Notes: generated by a model from the sequence alone, not told the origin. A stretch of 64,000 nucleotides of DNA from Promethearchaeota archaeon (GCA_019058295.1 JAHPZI010000022.1:26586-90585), one strand, 5' to 3'. Positions 1-6,241 are shown, counted from the first letter of the stretch. A program made the numbers and translations.

Positions 1-434
1 ATAGAGCAACTAACATAAGAGCTAAATTCGAAAGACAAATTGAAGCTATAGAAGAAGGTTCAGCAATCGCACAATCAGGAAATTTTATGGCTCAAATGCG
101 TGATGAGCTAAAAACAATAGCAACTAAGGCATCCCCCGTAAAAATTGCAGAAGTTGCTGAAGATTCTGAATTATATGTCTCCGAAATTGAGGAAGCAGGA
201 GATATCCTCGCGGGAGATCCAGAAATAGATTTAGGTATTGATGTAACATCAGAATTAAACCAACTTGAAACCGAAATATTGCTTGATGCTAGCGGATCGA
301 TGCCAACGGTACCTACTGGAGGAGAAATGCCCCAATATATTTCGGACGTCGATCTCGATTTCGAAGCTGAGGAAGCCACTTCAAAGGCTAAACTTGAGGA
401 AGAGATAGAAAAATTGAGGAAGGAACTAGAATAA
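1..434 (+). CDS. 3' part of an ORF entering from upstream; acidic coiled-coil tail, possibly ESCRT-III/Snf7-family
   Basis: Frame 3 is open from base 3 (RATNIRAKFERQIEAIEEG...) into track ORF 87..434. It has a D/E-rich linker with a proline patch (SGSMPTVPTGGEMP) and a terminal amphipathic helix (EEEIEKLRKELE) like MIM-type tails. Family assignment is by eye only. Confidence 0.35.
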   Translation, partial: RATNIRAKFERQIEAIEEGSAIAQSGNFMAQMRDELKTIATKASPVKIAEVAEDSELYVSEIEEAGDILAGDPEIDLGIDVTSELNQLETEILLDASGSMPTVPTGGEMPQYISDVDLDFEAEEATSKAKLEEEIEKLRKELE

Positions 435-490
435 TAAAATAATATCTTCTTTTTTAAAAAATTTAAATTTAGTTGGCGAAAAATATACTT

Positions 491-1513
491 CTATTTAATT
501 TCCTGTAAAGCCTTAACCATATTACTTAATTTTCCTAGAGCAATTTTATATCCATTTGCTTCTCCAAACGTTTTAAGTAAAGGGCCAAATCCACAATCGG
601 GTTTAATAACTAAATTCTCCTTGCCGTATAAATCAATTGCTTTTTTTATATATTTTTTAAGAAAATCAATTTTCTCCACATAGTCCTCTATTTCACCATT
701 TTTCATGGGAGCTACTTTAGTTTTTACTGTACCTATAGCTAAATATTTATCAGTATTCTCGAAATGTTTTTTTTCAAATATTCTAAAGTTACTTTCATTA
801 TCAATGAACTCGTGGTCCATCACCTTTACATCAGTTTGTAAAAGTAAATCACGTAATTTTGGACTGATTTTGCCACAACAATGCACAGATGATAAGTCTT
901 TTATCCCAGAGAGAGCCTTATTAAGTGTTTCCACAATAAAATCTTCTGTGTGGAACCAAACCTTTCTTCCTACTAGAAGTCCTAATATTGGTTCGTCCAT
1001 AGAAATGATATTTATACCCATATCGCTATATGCTTTTCCTATTTTCTTCATAATCTCAGCTAATTTATCTACAATCCATCCTTCCATTATTGCTCTTGCT
1101 TCTTTAAAAATCACAGGATTTATTCCTTCAGCAAGCTTATCTTTTAAAATGATTTCACTAGCTAAAGTAAAGGGGCCTGTTAAACATGCTTTGGTACCTT
1201 TTATTAGACTTTTAAGCCCAGGATTTTCATTCAGAAAATCAACCATAAATTGTCCATATTCTAAAGCAATAGGCTTATCTGGAATCTTAAAATCATCATT
1301 TAAAAAGAACTTTTCATCAATTTCATCTAATGGGTCAATGATTTTAGCTAAGGGTGATAAGAATTGATAATTCATTCCAATAAGTTGAGGATAGCATGGG
1401 TAATCAATTCCAATATTAATCTCATCATTGAATGCTTTTTTCATGTTTTCCTCAGTATTACTTAAGGGAAAGCTGCCAACTACTGTAGTAAACAATCCTT
1501 CTTTTTTTACCAT
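491..1513 (-). CDS. Cobalamin-independent methionine synthase-like (MetE C-terminal/core type) Zn methyltransferase
   Basis: 340 aa. N-terminus TTVVGSFP is typical of archaeal MetE-like proteins. Zn-ligand-like motifs VHCCG and KPDCGFG are present. Confidence 0.6.
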   Translation of the reverse strand: MVKKEGLFTTVVGSFPLSNTEENMKKAFNDEINIGIDYPCYPQLIGMNYQFLSPLAKIIDPLDEIDEKFFLNDDFKIPDKPIALEYGQFMVDFLNENPGLKSLIKGTKACLTGPFTLASEIILKDKLAEGINPVIFKEARAIMEGWIVDKLAEIMKKIGKAYSDMGINIISMDEPILGLLVGRKVWFHTEDFIVETLNKALSGIKDLSSVHCCGKISPKLRDLLLQTDVKVMDHEFIDNESNFRIFEKKHFENTDKYLAIGTVKTKVAPMKNGEIEDYVEKIDFLKKYIKKAIDLYGKENLVIKPDCGFGPLLKTFGEANGYKIALGKLSNMVKALQEIK

Positions 1514-1602
1514 AAAAATAAATAAGTAATAATAATTTTTAAAACTCGTAGAAAAAAATAAAATACAGAAGTGTGTATTGCTTTTTTAAAATAAATTGTC
1601 TT

Positions 1603-3570
1603 TTAAGAATAATATCCTTTTTTATTGAATCTTCTTCTTAAAGACTTATCATTTTTAACCTTGTTAGTTAAAGATTTGATTTTCTTTTCAATTAAGTAAA
1701 CTTCTTTTTGTAGATTTTTGAATGTCTTGAAATACATTGCTTGATCAATAATACCTTCATTGAATTTGGCATCAAGTTTTTTTATTGTTTCCTTTAGACT
1801 AAATCTTTCCTTTTTGAGGTCGATCAACTTATTATAAAGCTTTTTATCAAATTCAAATAAATGGTCGTCATCGTATAAGATGTTGTCTATTGGAGGTTCT
1901 TCATGGTTAAATAGCCCATACAAATGATTTTTATGAAAATCATTAAATGAATGATTAATATTTCCGGGGAAGGGTGGATTAAAATCCCGATAATTATCTC
2001 TTTCGTTGAATAAGTCCCCTGATAATCCATAATTAGGATGTGGAAATTGTTGATCAAACTTTTGGGCTTTTTTTAATCTTTTCATCAAGATATTTCTTTC
2101 ATCAACGTCGCGAAATCTTCCATTATATTGATGATTATCCATAGGTCGGAAATTCTGATGCATGTAAGGGTTATAGATATTTCTATAATAATTATGATCT
2201 TCTGGATTTGGCGATTGAGAATTAATATCACTAAATAAAATTGATTCTTCGTTTGGGTCATTCATAGAATAGTTGTTATATCCTTTTTGAGCCCAATATT
2301 GCGGATAATTTAGAGGATTGTTGAAATAAACTTCATCTTCTTTATTTTTATTGTTAATAATATCTTGATTTATTTGACATTTTATACTAAAAAATGAATG
2401 GATGCTTTCTTCAATATATCTTACTAAATCGCTCAAATCTAAATCCATTTCATGAAGTTGTTTTGCTGAAGCATGATCGTATATATCATTTTCTTTAAAT
2501 GCTCTTGCTAAAAGAATATATTCCATTATTTTTGAAACCATATTCGACGGAAATGAAAATTCATATTTTCCGTAATCGAATTGTAAAAATAATTTTCTGA
2601 ATAATTTTCCTTTATCCTTAATTTTAATTAAATCATCAATAGGAGCTTTAAAAATTAAGTCTTTTCTTTTTTTAATAAAACCAGATTCATGTACAAAAGA
2701 TAAATCAAAGTTGGTAATAAATAAAATCCCTTTACTTTTCCTTAATCTTTTTTGAGGATCTAATCCATTCATAAGTGTGGTATTAACTGCATAAATTGGC
2801 TTCTCTTTCTCTGCTAAATTTAGAAATTGCTGGTTAGGTAAAAAGATCTTAGTTATCTTATCAATGAATTGTAAATTTTTTTGGAAATACTCTAGTTTTT
2901 CATCAATTTCTTTTATATTTTTATTAACGAAATTATTAATAGAATCCTGATTTTGAGATACACTTTCTAAAATATTCTCTATTATCCTTATATTTGAATT
3001 AGGCTGATTATAAATATCAAAAAAATATTGCTTATTCAGTGCTAAATGACGGAAGTGTGCTTTGATTTTTTCTAGTAAATTCTCTTTTATATAGACAATT
3101 TGATTAAAAATAGCTAACAAATCTGATTCCATTTTGGGATAATGAAAACATCTTATTGGAGGACTCCTCGCATTTTTTATCTTATGTCTTATTAAATATA
3201 ATTTGTTAATTATATCCTTGTCTGGTATAAACGAGCGAGATAATTTAATTAATTCCAAAAATTTCTGTTCGAGTTCTTCTTTTTTTTCGTAAATATTAAG
3301 AACGTTATGAGAATGACACTTTGGGCAGGATTTAAAATGTTGAGTAATTTTATGCACGTTTTCCTTTCCGCATTCTTTACATACTTTTTTTTCCTCTTTC
3401 TCGTTATAAGTAATCTCCTTAGAATTGCAATCTTGGCATATAAAATCGTCTATGAAATCGTCGCGCAAACAGTCAGAACAACATGATATACCACAATCTT
3501 CGCAATAAAATAAAACATTCATTTCTCTATTACAAAATCGGCACAATTGCTTACTTTTTTGGACTGACAT
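1603..3570 (-). CDS. Multi-zinc-finger / coiled-coil / PH-GRAM-like / low-complexity protein, function unknown
   Basis: 655 aa. Six CxxC pairs lie in the first ~90 aa (CRFC..CEDC..CSDC..CQDC, then CKEC..CPKC). The central segment GILFITNFDLSFVHESGFIKKRKDLIFKAPIDDLIKIKDKGKLF resembles GRAM/PH-like folds. An N/Y/P/Q-rich region and a C-terminal coiled coil follow. Confidence 0.5.
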   Translation of the reverse strand: MSVQKSKQLCRFCNREMNVLFYCEDCGISCCSDCLRDDFIDDFICQDCNSKEITYNEKEEKKVCKECGKENVHKITQHFKSCPKCHSHNVLNIYEKKEELEQKFLELIKLSRSFIPDKDIINKLYLIRHKIKNARSPPIRCFHYPKMESDLLAIFNQIVYIKENLLEKIKAHFRHLALNKQYFFDIYNQPNSNIRIIENILESVSQNQDSINNFVNKNIKEIDEKLEYFQKNLQFIDKITKIFLPNQQFLNLAEKEKPIYAVNTTLMNGLDPQKRLRKSKGILFITNFDLSFVHESGFIKKRKDLIFKAPIDDLIKIKDKGKLFRKLFLQFDYGKYEFSFPSNMVSKIMEYILLARAFKENDIYDHASAKQLHEMDLDLSDLVRYIEESIHSFFSIKCQINQDIINNKNKEDEVYFNNPLNYPQYWAQKGYNNYSMNDPNEESILFSDINSQSPNPEDHNYYRNIYNPYMHQNFRPMDNHQYNGRFRDVDERNILMKRLKKAQKFDQQFPHPNYGLSGDLFNERDNYRDFNPPFPGNINHSFNDFHKNHLYGLFNHEEPPIDNILYDDDHLFEFDKKLYNKLIDLKKERFSLKETIKKLDAKFNEGIIDQAMYFKTFKNLQKEVYLIEKKIKSLTNKVKNDKSLRRRFNKKGYYS

Positions 3571-3717
3571 TTTAATTTTTAATCCTAACCTAAATTTAAT
3601 GAGAATTTAGTTTTAACAATAAAAGATATAATTTAGTTCAAAAATGAGTATGTTATTTGTGTATTATCTCTGAAATAAAAAAAAATAGATTTTTAAGTGG
3701 ATTTTCTCTATTAAATA

Positions 3718-3805
3718 CGCAAGGGGAGGGATTCGAACCCTCGAATGACATTATATCATTATCGGGATAGCAACCCGACGCACTCGACCACTATGCGACC
3801 CCTGC
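3718..3805 (-). tRNA. tRNA-Ser(GCU)
   Basis: Manual cloverleaf: acceptor GCAGGGG/CCCTTGC, anticodon loop TTGCTAT, long variable arm, T-loop TTCGAAT, discriminator G. Confidence 0.85.
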
Positions 3806-3814
3806 TTATATAAG

Positions 3815-3902
3815 CGCGACGGGTAGGATTTGAACCTACGGTGGTGTTGAGCCACTCCCACTCTCAAGGCGGGCACAATCAACCGAGCTCTGTCACCGTC
3901 GC
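3815..3902 (-). tRNA. tRNA-Ser(UGA)
   Basis: Acceptor GCGACGG/CCGTCGC, anticodon loop CTTGAGA, long variable arm, T-loop TTCAAAT, discriminator G. Confidence 0.85.
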
Positions 3903-3914
3903 TTTTTTTATGAA

Positions 3915-3998
3915 TACGGGAATGCGGATTTGAACCGCAGAACCTCCTTTGAGGAGTGAAGTTTGAATTCACTGCCTTTACCACTCAGCCATTCCCGC
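3915..3998 (-). tRNA. tRNA-Leu(CAA)
   Basis: Acceptor GCGGGAA/TTCCCGT (G1:U72), anticodon loop TTCAAAC, long variable arm, T-loop TTCAAAT, discriminator A. Confidence 0.85.
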
Positions 3999-4003
3999 TT
4001 TTT

Positions 4004-4087
4004 TACAGGGAGAGGGACTCGAACCCTCGTAGTTCCTGCGAACCCTGAATCCTAAATCCAGTACCTTTGCCGCTTGGTTATCCCTGC
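4004..4087 (-). tRNA. tRNA-Leu(UAG)
   Basis: Acceptor GCAGGGA/TCCCTGT (G1:U72), anticodon loop TTTAGGA, long variable arm, T-loop TTCGAGT, discriminator A. Confidence 0.85.
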
Positions 4088-4096
4088 TTAATAGAA

Positions 4097-4182
4097 TACA
4101 AGGGGAGGGATTTGAACCCTCGTACTCCCTGTGGAGAATAGATCTTAAGTCTATCGCTTTTACCTTTCTTAGCTACCCTTGC
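4097..4182 (-). tRNA. tRNA-Leu(UAA)
   Basis: Acceptor GCAAGGG/CCCTTGT (G1:U72), anticodon loop CTTAAGA, long variable arm, T-loop TTCAAAT, discriminator A. Confidence 0.85.
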
Positions 4183-4192
4183 TTACTTAAAA

Positions 4193-4265
4193 TGGGCTGG
4201 AGGGGACTTGAACCCCCGACCTCCGAGTTAAAAGCCCGTTGCGCTACCTGCTACGCTACCAGCCC
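4193..4265 (-). tRNA. tRNA-Lys(UUU)
   Basis: Acceptor GGGCTGG/CCAGCCC, anticodon loop CTTTTAA, T-arm GGGGG-TTCAAGT-CCCCT, discriminator A. Confidence 0.85.
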
Positions 4266-4273
4266 ATTTTTGA

Positions 4274-4349
4274 TAGGAGTGGAGAGGATTGAACTCTCGA
4301 CCACTGCGTTATAAGCACAGGGCTCTACCAATAACTAAGCTACACTCCT
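4274..4349 (-). tRNA. tRNA-Ile(UAU)
   Basis: Acceptor AGGAGTG/CACTCCT, anticodon stem CTGTG/CGCAG, loop CTTATAA (anticodon TAT), T-arm GAGAG-TTCAATC-CTCTC. The acceptor and T-stem are identical to those of tRNA-Ile(GAU) at 4856-4931. Confidence 0.8.
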
Positions 4350-4354
4350 ATTGA

Positions 4355-4427
4355 TACACCCGGTAGGATTCGAACCTACATCCCCTCGCTTCGAAGGCGA
4401 GTATCCTCTCCATTGGACTACGGGTGT
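4355..4427 (-). tRNA. tRNA-Arg(UCG)
   Basis: Acceptor ACACCCG/CGGGTGT (A1:U72), anticodon stem CTCGC/GCGAG, loop CTTCGAA, T-loop TTCGAAT. Confidence 0.85.
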
Positions 4428-4436
4428 GAAGTTTGG

Positions 4437-4510
4437 TACGGGCGTGTGGATTTGAACCACAATCCATGACTTATGAGACCATAATTCTTACCAGATTAAA
4501 CTACGCCCGT
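4437..4510 (-). tRNA. tRNA-Met(CAU), elongator-type
   Basis: Acceptor ACGGGCG/CGCCCGT (A1:U72), loop CTCATAA, anticodon stem ATGGT/GTCAT. The stem lacks the three G:C pairs of initiators. T-loop TTCAAAT. Confidence 0.75.
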
Positions 4511-4518
4511 ATATATAG

Positions 4519-4592
4519 TGGGGTTGGAAGGATTTGAACCCTCAACCTTTGATTTTGGAGACCACTGCTCTAAACCGCTAAGCTACAACCCC
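4519..4592 (-). tRNA. tRNA-Trp(CCA)
   Basis: Acceptor GGGGTTG/CAACCCC, anticodon loop CTCCAAA, T-arm GAGGG-TTCAAAT-CCTTC, discriminator A. Confidence 0.85.
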
Positions 4593-4600
4593 ATATTTAA

Positions 4601-4673
4601 TGAGGGTGGTAGGATTCGAACCTACGACCTTTAGATTAGAAGTCTAACACCTTATCCGCTAGGCTACACCCTC
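4601..4673 (-). tRNA. tRNA-Arg(UCU)
   Basis: Acceptor GAGGGTG/CACCCTC, anticodon stem TTAGA/TCTAA, loop CTTCTAA, T-loop TTCGAAT. Confidence 0.85.
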
Positions 4674-4681
4674 ATAATTAA

Positions 4682-4756
4682 TAGGAGAGATCGGATTTGA
4701 ACCGATGCAGTCTTCCTCGTAAGGGAAGATCCATAACCAGGCTAGGAGACTCTCCC
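4682..4756 (-). tRNA. tRNA-Val(UAC)
   Basis: Acceptor GGGAGAG/CTCTCCT (G1:U72), anticodon stem CTTCC/GGAAG, loop CTTACGA, T-loop TTCAAAT. Confidence 0.8.
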
Positions 4757-4763
4757 AAGATAA

Positions 4764-4837
4764 GGGGCATAGAGGGAATTGAACCCTCGATCCTACGATT
4801 AAGAGTCGCATGCTTTCCCTAACTAAGCCATATGCCC
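4764..4837 (-). tRNA. tRNA-Lys(CUU)
   Basis: Acceptor GGGCATA/TATGCCC, anticodon loop CTCTTAA, T-arm GAGGG-TTCAATT-CCCTC, discriminator C. Confidence 0.8.
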
Positions 4838-4855
4838 ATAGATGTGCCAATATGG

Positions 4856-4931
4856 TAGGAGTGGAGAGATTTGAACTCTCGAACCTATAGTTTATCAGAC
4901 TATCGCTCATTCCAGGCTGAGCTACACTCCT
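4856..4931 (-). tRNA. tRNA-Ile(GAU)
   Basis: Acceptor AGGAGTG/CACTCCT, anticodon stem ATAGT/ACTAT, loop CTGATAA, T-arm GAGAG-TTCAAAT-CTCTC. Confidence 0.85.
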
Positions 4932-4968
4932 ATTATTAGAAATTGAATTTGATATCTGATAACAAGAG

Positions 4969-5040
4969 TGGGATCAGAGTGACTTGAACACTCGCCCCAA
5001 GATCTTCATTCTTGTGCTCTCCCAGTTGAGCTATGATCCC
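4969..5040 (-). tRNA. tRNA-Phe(GAA)
   Basis: Acceptor GGGATCA/TGATCCC, anticodon stem CAAGA/TCTTG, loop ATGAAGA, T-arm GAGTG-TTCAAGT-CACTC. Confidence 0.85.
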
Positions 5041-5140
5041 TAAAATCTCCTCTGATTTTTTGAAGTCCACCTTTGGTCATTCTTAAATGACAATTTTTTC
5101 ATTTTTTTTTTTATTTTTTCACCTCATTTTTTTTATTTTA

Positions 5141-5213
5141 CGCCCCTAGTAGGGTTCGAACCTACACCGCCCGATTAACAGTCGGAGATGCTACCTATTA
5201 ACACTATAGAGGC
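5141..5213 (-). tRNA. tRNA-Asn(GUU)
   Basis: Acceptor GCCTCTA/TAGGGGC, anticodon loop CTGTTAA, T-arm GTAGG-TTCGAAC-CCTAC, discriminator G. It is separated from the other 15 minus-strand tRNAs by a 100-nt T-rich spacer. Confidence 0.85.
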
Positions 5214-5462
5214 ATGTTTGAAGTTGTTGAATTAAGATAAAAGAAAAAGTATAATGCAAAAGCTAAGAGCTATGAGAATATCTTGGAAGTACAAAAGATA
5301 AATAAGTGGATTGTCAGATTTAAGTAAAGAATTTACTGAATCAAACTGGAGGAGAGAAGATTATTGACGAGATTCACTCGCCACCTTTTCGATCTTAACT
5401 TAAATCTAAGTGAGGCCATAATACTATCATTATTATTAATTAAGTATTTAAATGTTTTGTTT

Positions 5463-5530
5463 AAATGGCTAAAACGATTAAAATGGGAAAGAAATGGGTA
5501 AGATAGTGAATGTGGGAAAAGAATGGGTAA
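5463..5530. repeat. Cluster of five AATGG(G) direct-repeat motifs in the divergent spacer of the tRNA array
   Basis: aaatggc (5463), aaatgggaaag (5481), aaatgggtaag (5492), aatgtgggaaaag (5509), gaatgggtaat (5521). TATA-like tttaaata/ttataaata boxes lie at about 5545-5575. Confidence 0.5.
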
Positions 5531-5577
5531 TTTTGAACGAAATATTTAAATATTTAATTTGTGATATTATAAATACA

Positions 5578-5690
5578 ATGAGACGTGCAAAAGTGGCAAC
5601 AACCACCTACCAGGATATAGGCGCCCCCGAGCAGGGGCAATATGATAGCGAATGCTATCACCAATAAAAAATTTTACCCGTCTCTATTGA
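5578..5690 (+). ncRNA. Candidate structured ncRNA (GC-rich island); strand and class uncertain
   Basis: Closing helix GAGACG (5580-5585) / CGTCTC (5679-5684) encloses three hairpins: GTGG-CAACAA-CCAC, GCCCC-CGAGCA-GGGGC and GATAGC-GAAT-GCTATC. It is much more GC-rich than the flanks, has TATA-like boxes 10-30 nt upstream, and is followed by T-runs. It also reads as a 29-aa ORF (5578-5667). Confidence 0.35.
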
Positions 5691-5805
5691 TTTCCTTATT
5701 CTTTCCTTAGTTTTCCTAACCTTGATCGCCGTTTTCTATATACTTTAAAATCCATTTATCACGTTACTTATTTTTTCAGAAAACGGGTAAAAGCTTCATA
5801 ATGAA

Positions 5806-5878
5806 GGACTGTGTAGTGTAATGGCATGCATTGAAGTTTGTGAATCTTCAGGAGGTGGTTCGATTCCGCCCACAGTCC
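5806..5878 (+). tRNA. tRNA-His(GUG) with encoded G-1
   Basis: G-1 (5806) pairs with C73 (5878). Acceptor GACTGTG/CACAGTC, anticodon loop TTGTGAA, T-arm GGTGG-TTCGATT-CCGCC. Confidence 0.85.
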
Positions 5879-5912
5879 TTCTTTCATAAATATAACGCAT
5901 AGAAAATAAAAA

Positions 5913-5986
5913 GGGGCTGTAATATCAATCGGAAGATACTTGGTGTTGCATACCAAGGGTTGTAGGTTCAAGTCCTACCAGCTCCA
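5913..5986 (+). tRNA. tRNA-Ala(UGC)
   Basis: Acceptor GGGGCTG/CAGCTCC with G3:U70, anticodon stem TTGGT/ACCAA, loop GTTGCAT, T-arm GTAGG-TTCAAGT-CCTAC. In my fold there is an apparent 3-nt (TAA) connector before D-stem TATC/GATA. Confidence 0.75.
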
Positions 5987-5993
5987 TAAAAAT

Positions 5994-6066
5994 ACTCCCG
6001 TAGTGTAGAGGACAAGCACTCCAAGCCTTGGACTTGGTAACGTCGGTTCGAATCCGTCCGGGAGTA
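5994..6066 (+). tRNA. tRNA-Gln(UUG), C33 variant
   Basis: Acceptor ACTCCCG/CGGGAGT (A1:U72), anticodon stem CCAAG/CTTGG, loop CCTTGGA (C at position 33), T-arm GTCGG-TTCGAAT-CCGTC with one U:U mismatch. Confidence 0.75.
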
Positions 6067-6083
6067 GTAATTTCATTGGAATT

Positions 6084-6157
6084 CTTGCTGTAGCTCAGAC
6101 AGGTAGAGCAGGGGACTGTAGATCCTTGGAGCGGAGGTTCAAATCCTCCCAGCAAGA
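6084..6157 (+). tRNA. tRNA-Tyr(GUA)
   Basis: Acceptor CTTGCTG/CAGCAAG with the C1:G72 pair typical of archaeal/eukaryal tRNA-Tyr, loop CTGTAGA, T-arm GGAGG-TTCAAAT-CCTCC. Confidence 0.85.
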
Positions 6158-6166
6158 CTAAGAAGC

Positions 6167-6241
6167 GGGGCACTAGTATAGTGGCTAGTATTCGCGACCG
6201 TCTATCGTGAGAAGGGGGATCGATACCCCCGTGCTCCGCCA
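6167..6241 (+). tRNA. tRNA-Asp(GUC)-like, non-canonical; CCA encoded
   Basis: Acceptor GGGGCAC/GTGCTCC (G3:U70), D-arm GTAT-AGTGGCTA-GTAT, anticodon stem CGCGA/TCGTG, loop CCGTCTA (C33, U37), T-arm GGGGG-ATCGATA-CCCCC (A54, A60), G73, then CCA at 6239-6241. Confidence 0.6.

Noticed and set aside
92-379. Antisense and overlapping track ORFs inside longer genes: 92..379, 705..1367, 6995..7228, 9669..9851, 10822..11028, 10865..11074, 14035..14235, 19805..20068, 20799..21023, 21950..22144, 26770..26955, 27038..27235, 29009..29200, 31412..31615, 32867..33091, 33663..33986, 34549..34944, 37524..37721, 41829..42011, 43937..44131, 49481..49741, 49667..49975, 51547..51858, 53613..53846, 57020..57235, 60240..60443, 60331..60567, 63564..63785
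   Set aside because: Each lies fully within, or opposite to, a longer ORF with recognisable motifs or coherent membrane/repeat architecture. Their translations are low-complexity mirror images with no motifs.
4437-4510. Initiator tRNA-Met, suggested by A1:U72 and a CAU anticodon
   Set aside because: The anticodon stem (ATGGT/GTCAT) lacks the three consecutive G:C pairs of archaeal/eukaryal initiators. A1:U72 also occurs in clear elongators in this array (Ile, Arg, Gln). Assignment as Ile2 (agmatidine) is also unlikely, because its acceptor differs from both Ile tRNAs and a UAU-Ile gene is present.
5041-5140. 100-nt spacer between tRNA-Phe and tRNA-Asn, with hairpin GTCATT-CTTA-AATGAC and long T-runs, considered as a hidden RNA gene
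   Set aside because: It is very AT-rich with only one short hairpin and no tRNA-like or boxed sRNA features. It is more likely an internal promoter or spacer.
6165-6241. Selenocysteine- or pyrrolysine-type tRNA, suggested by a 9-bp acceptor helix (GCGGGGCAC/GTGCTCCGC) and a possible 6-bp anticodon stem
   Set aside because: The anticodon loop CCGTCTA gives GUC, not UCA or CUA. There is no long variable arm and the D-arm cannot form the Sec-type 6-bp stem. The 7-bp register with G73-CCA gives a complete ordinary-size cloverleaf, and the two extra pairs come from leader bases.
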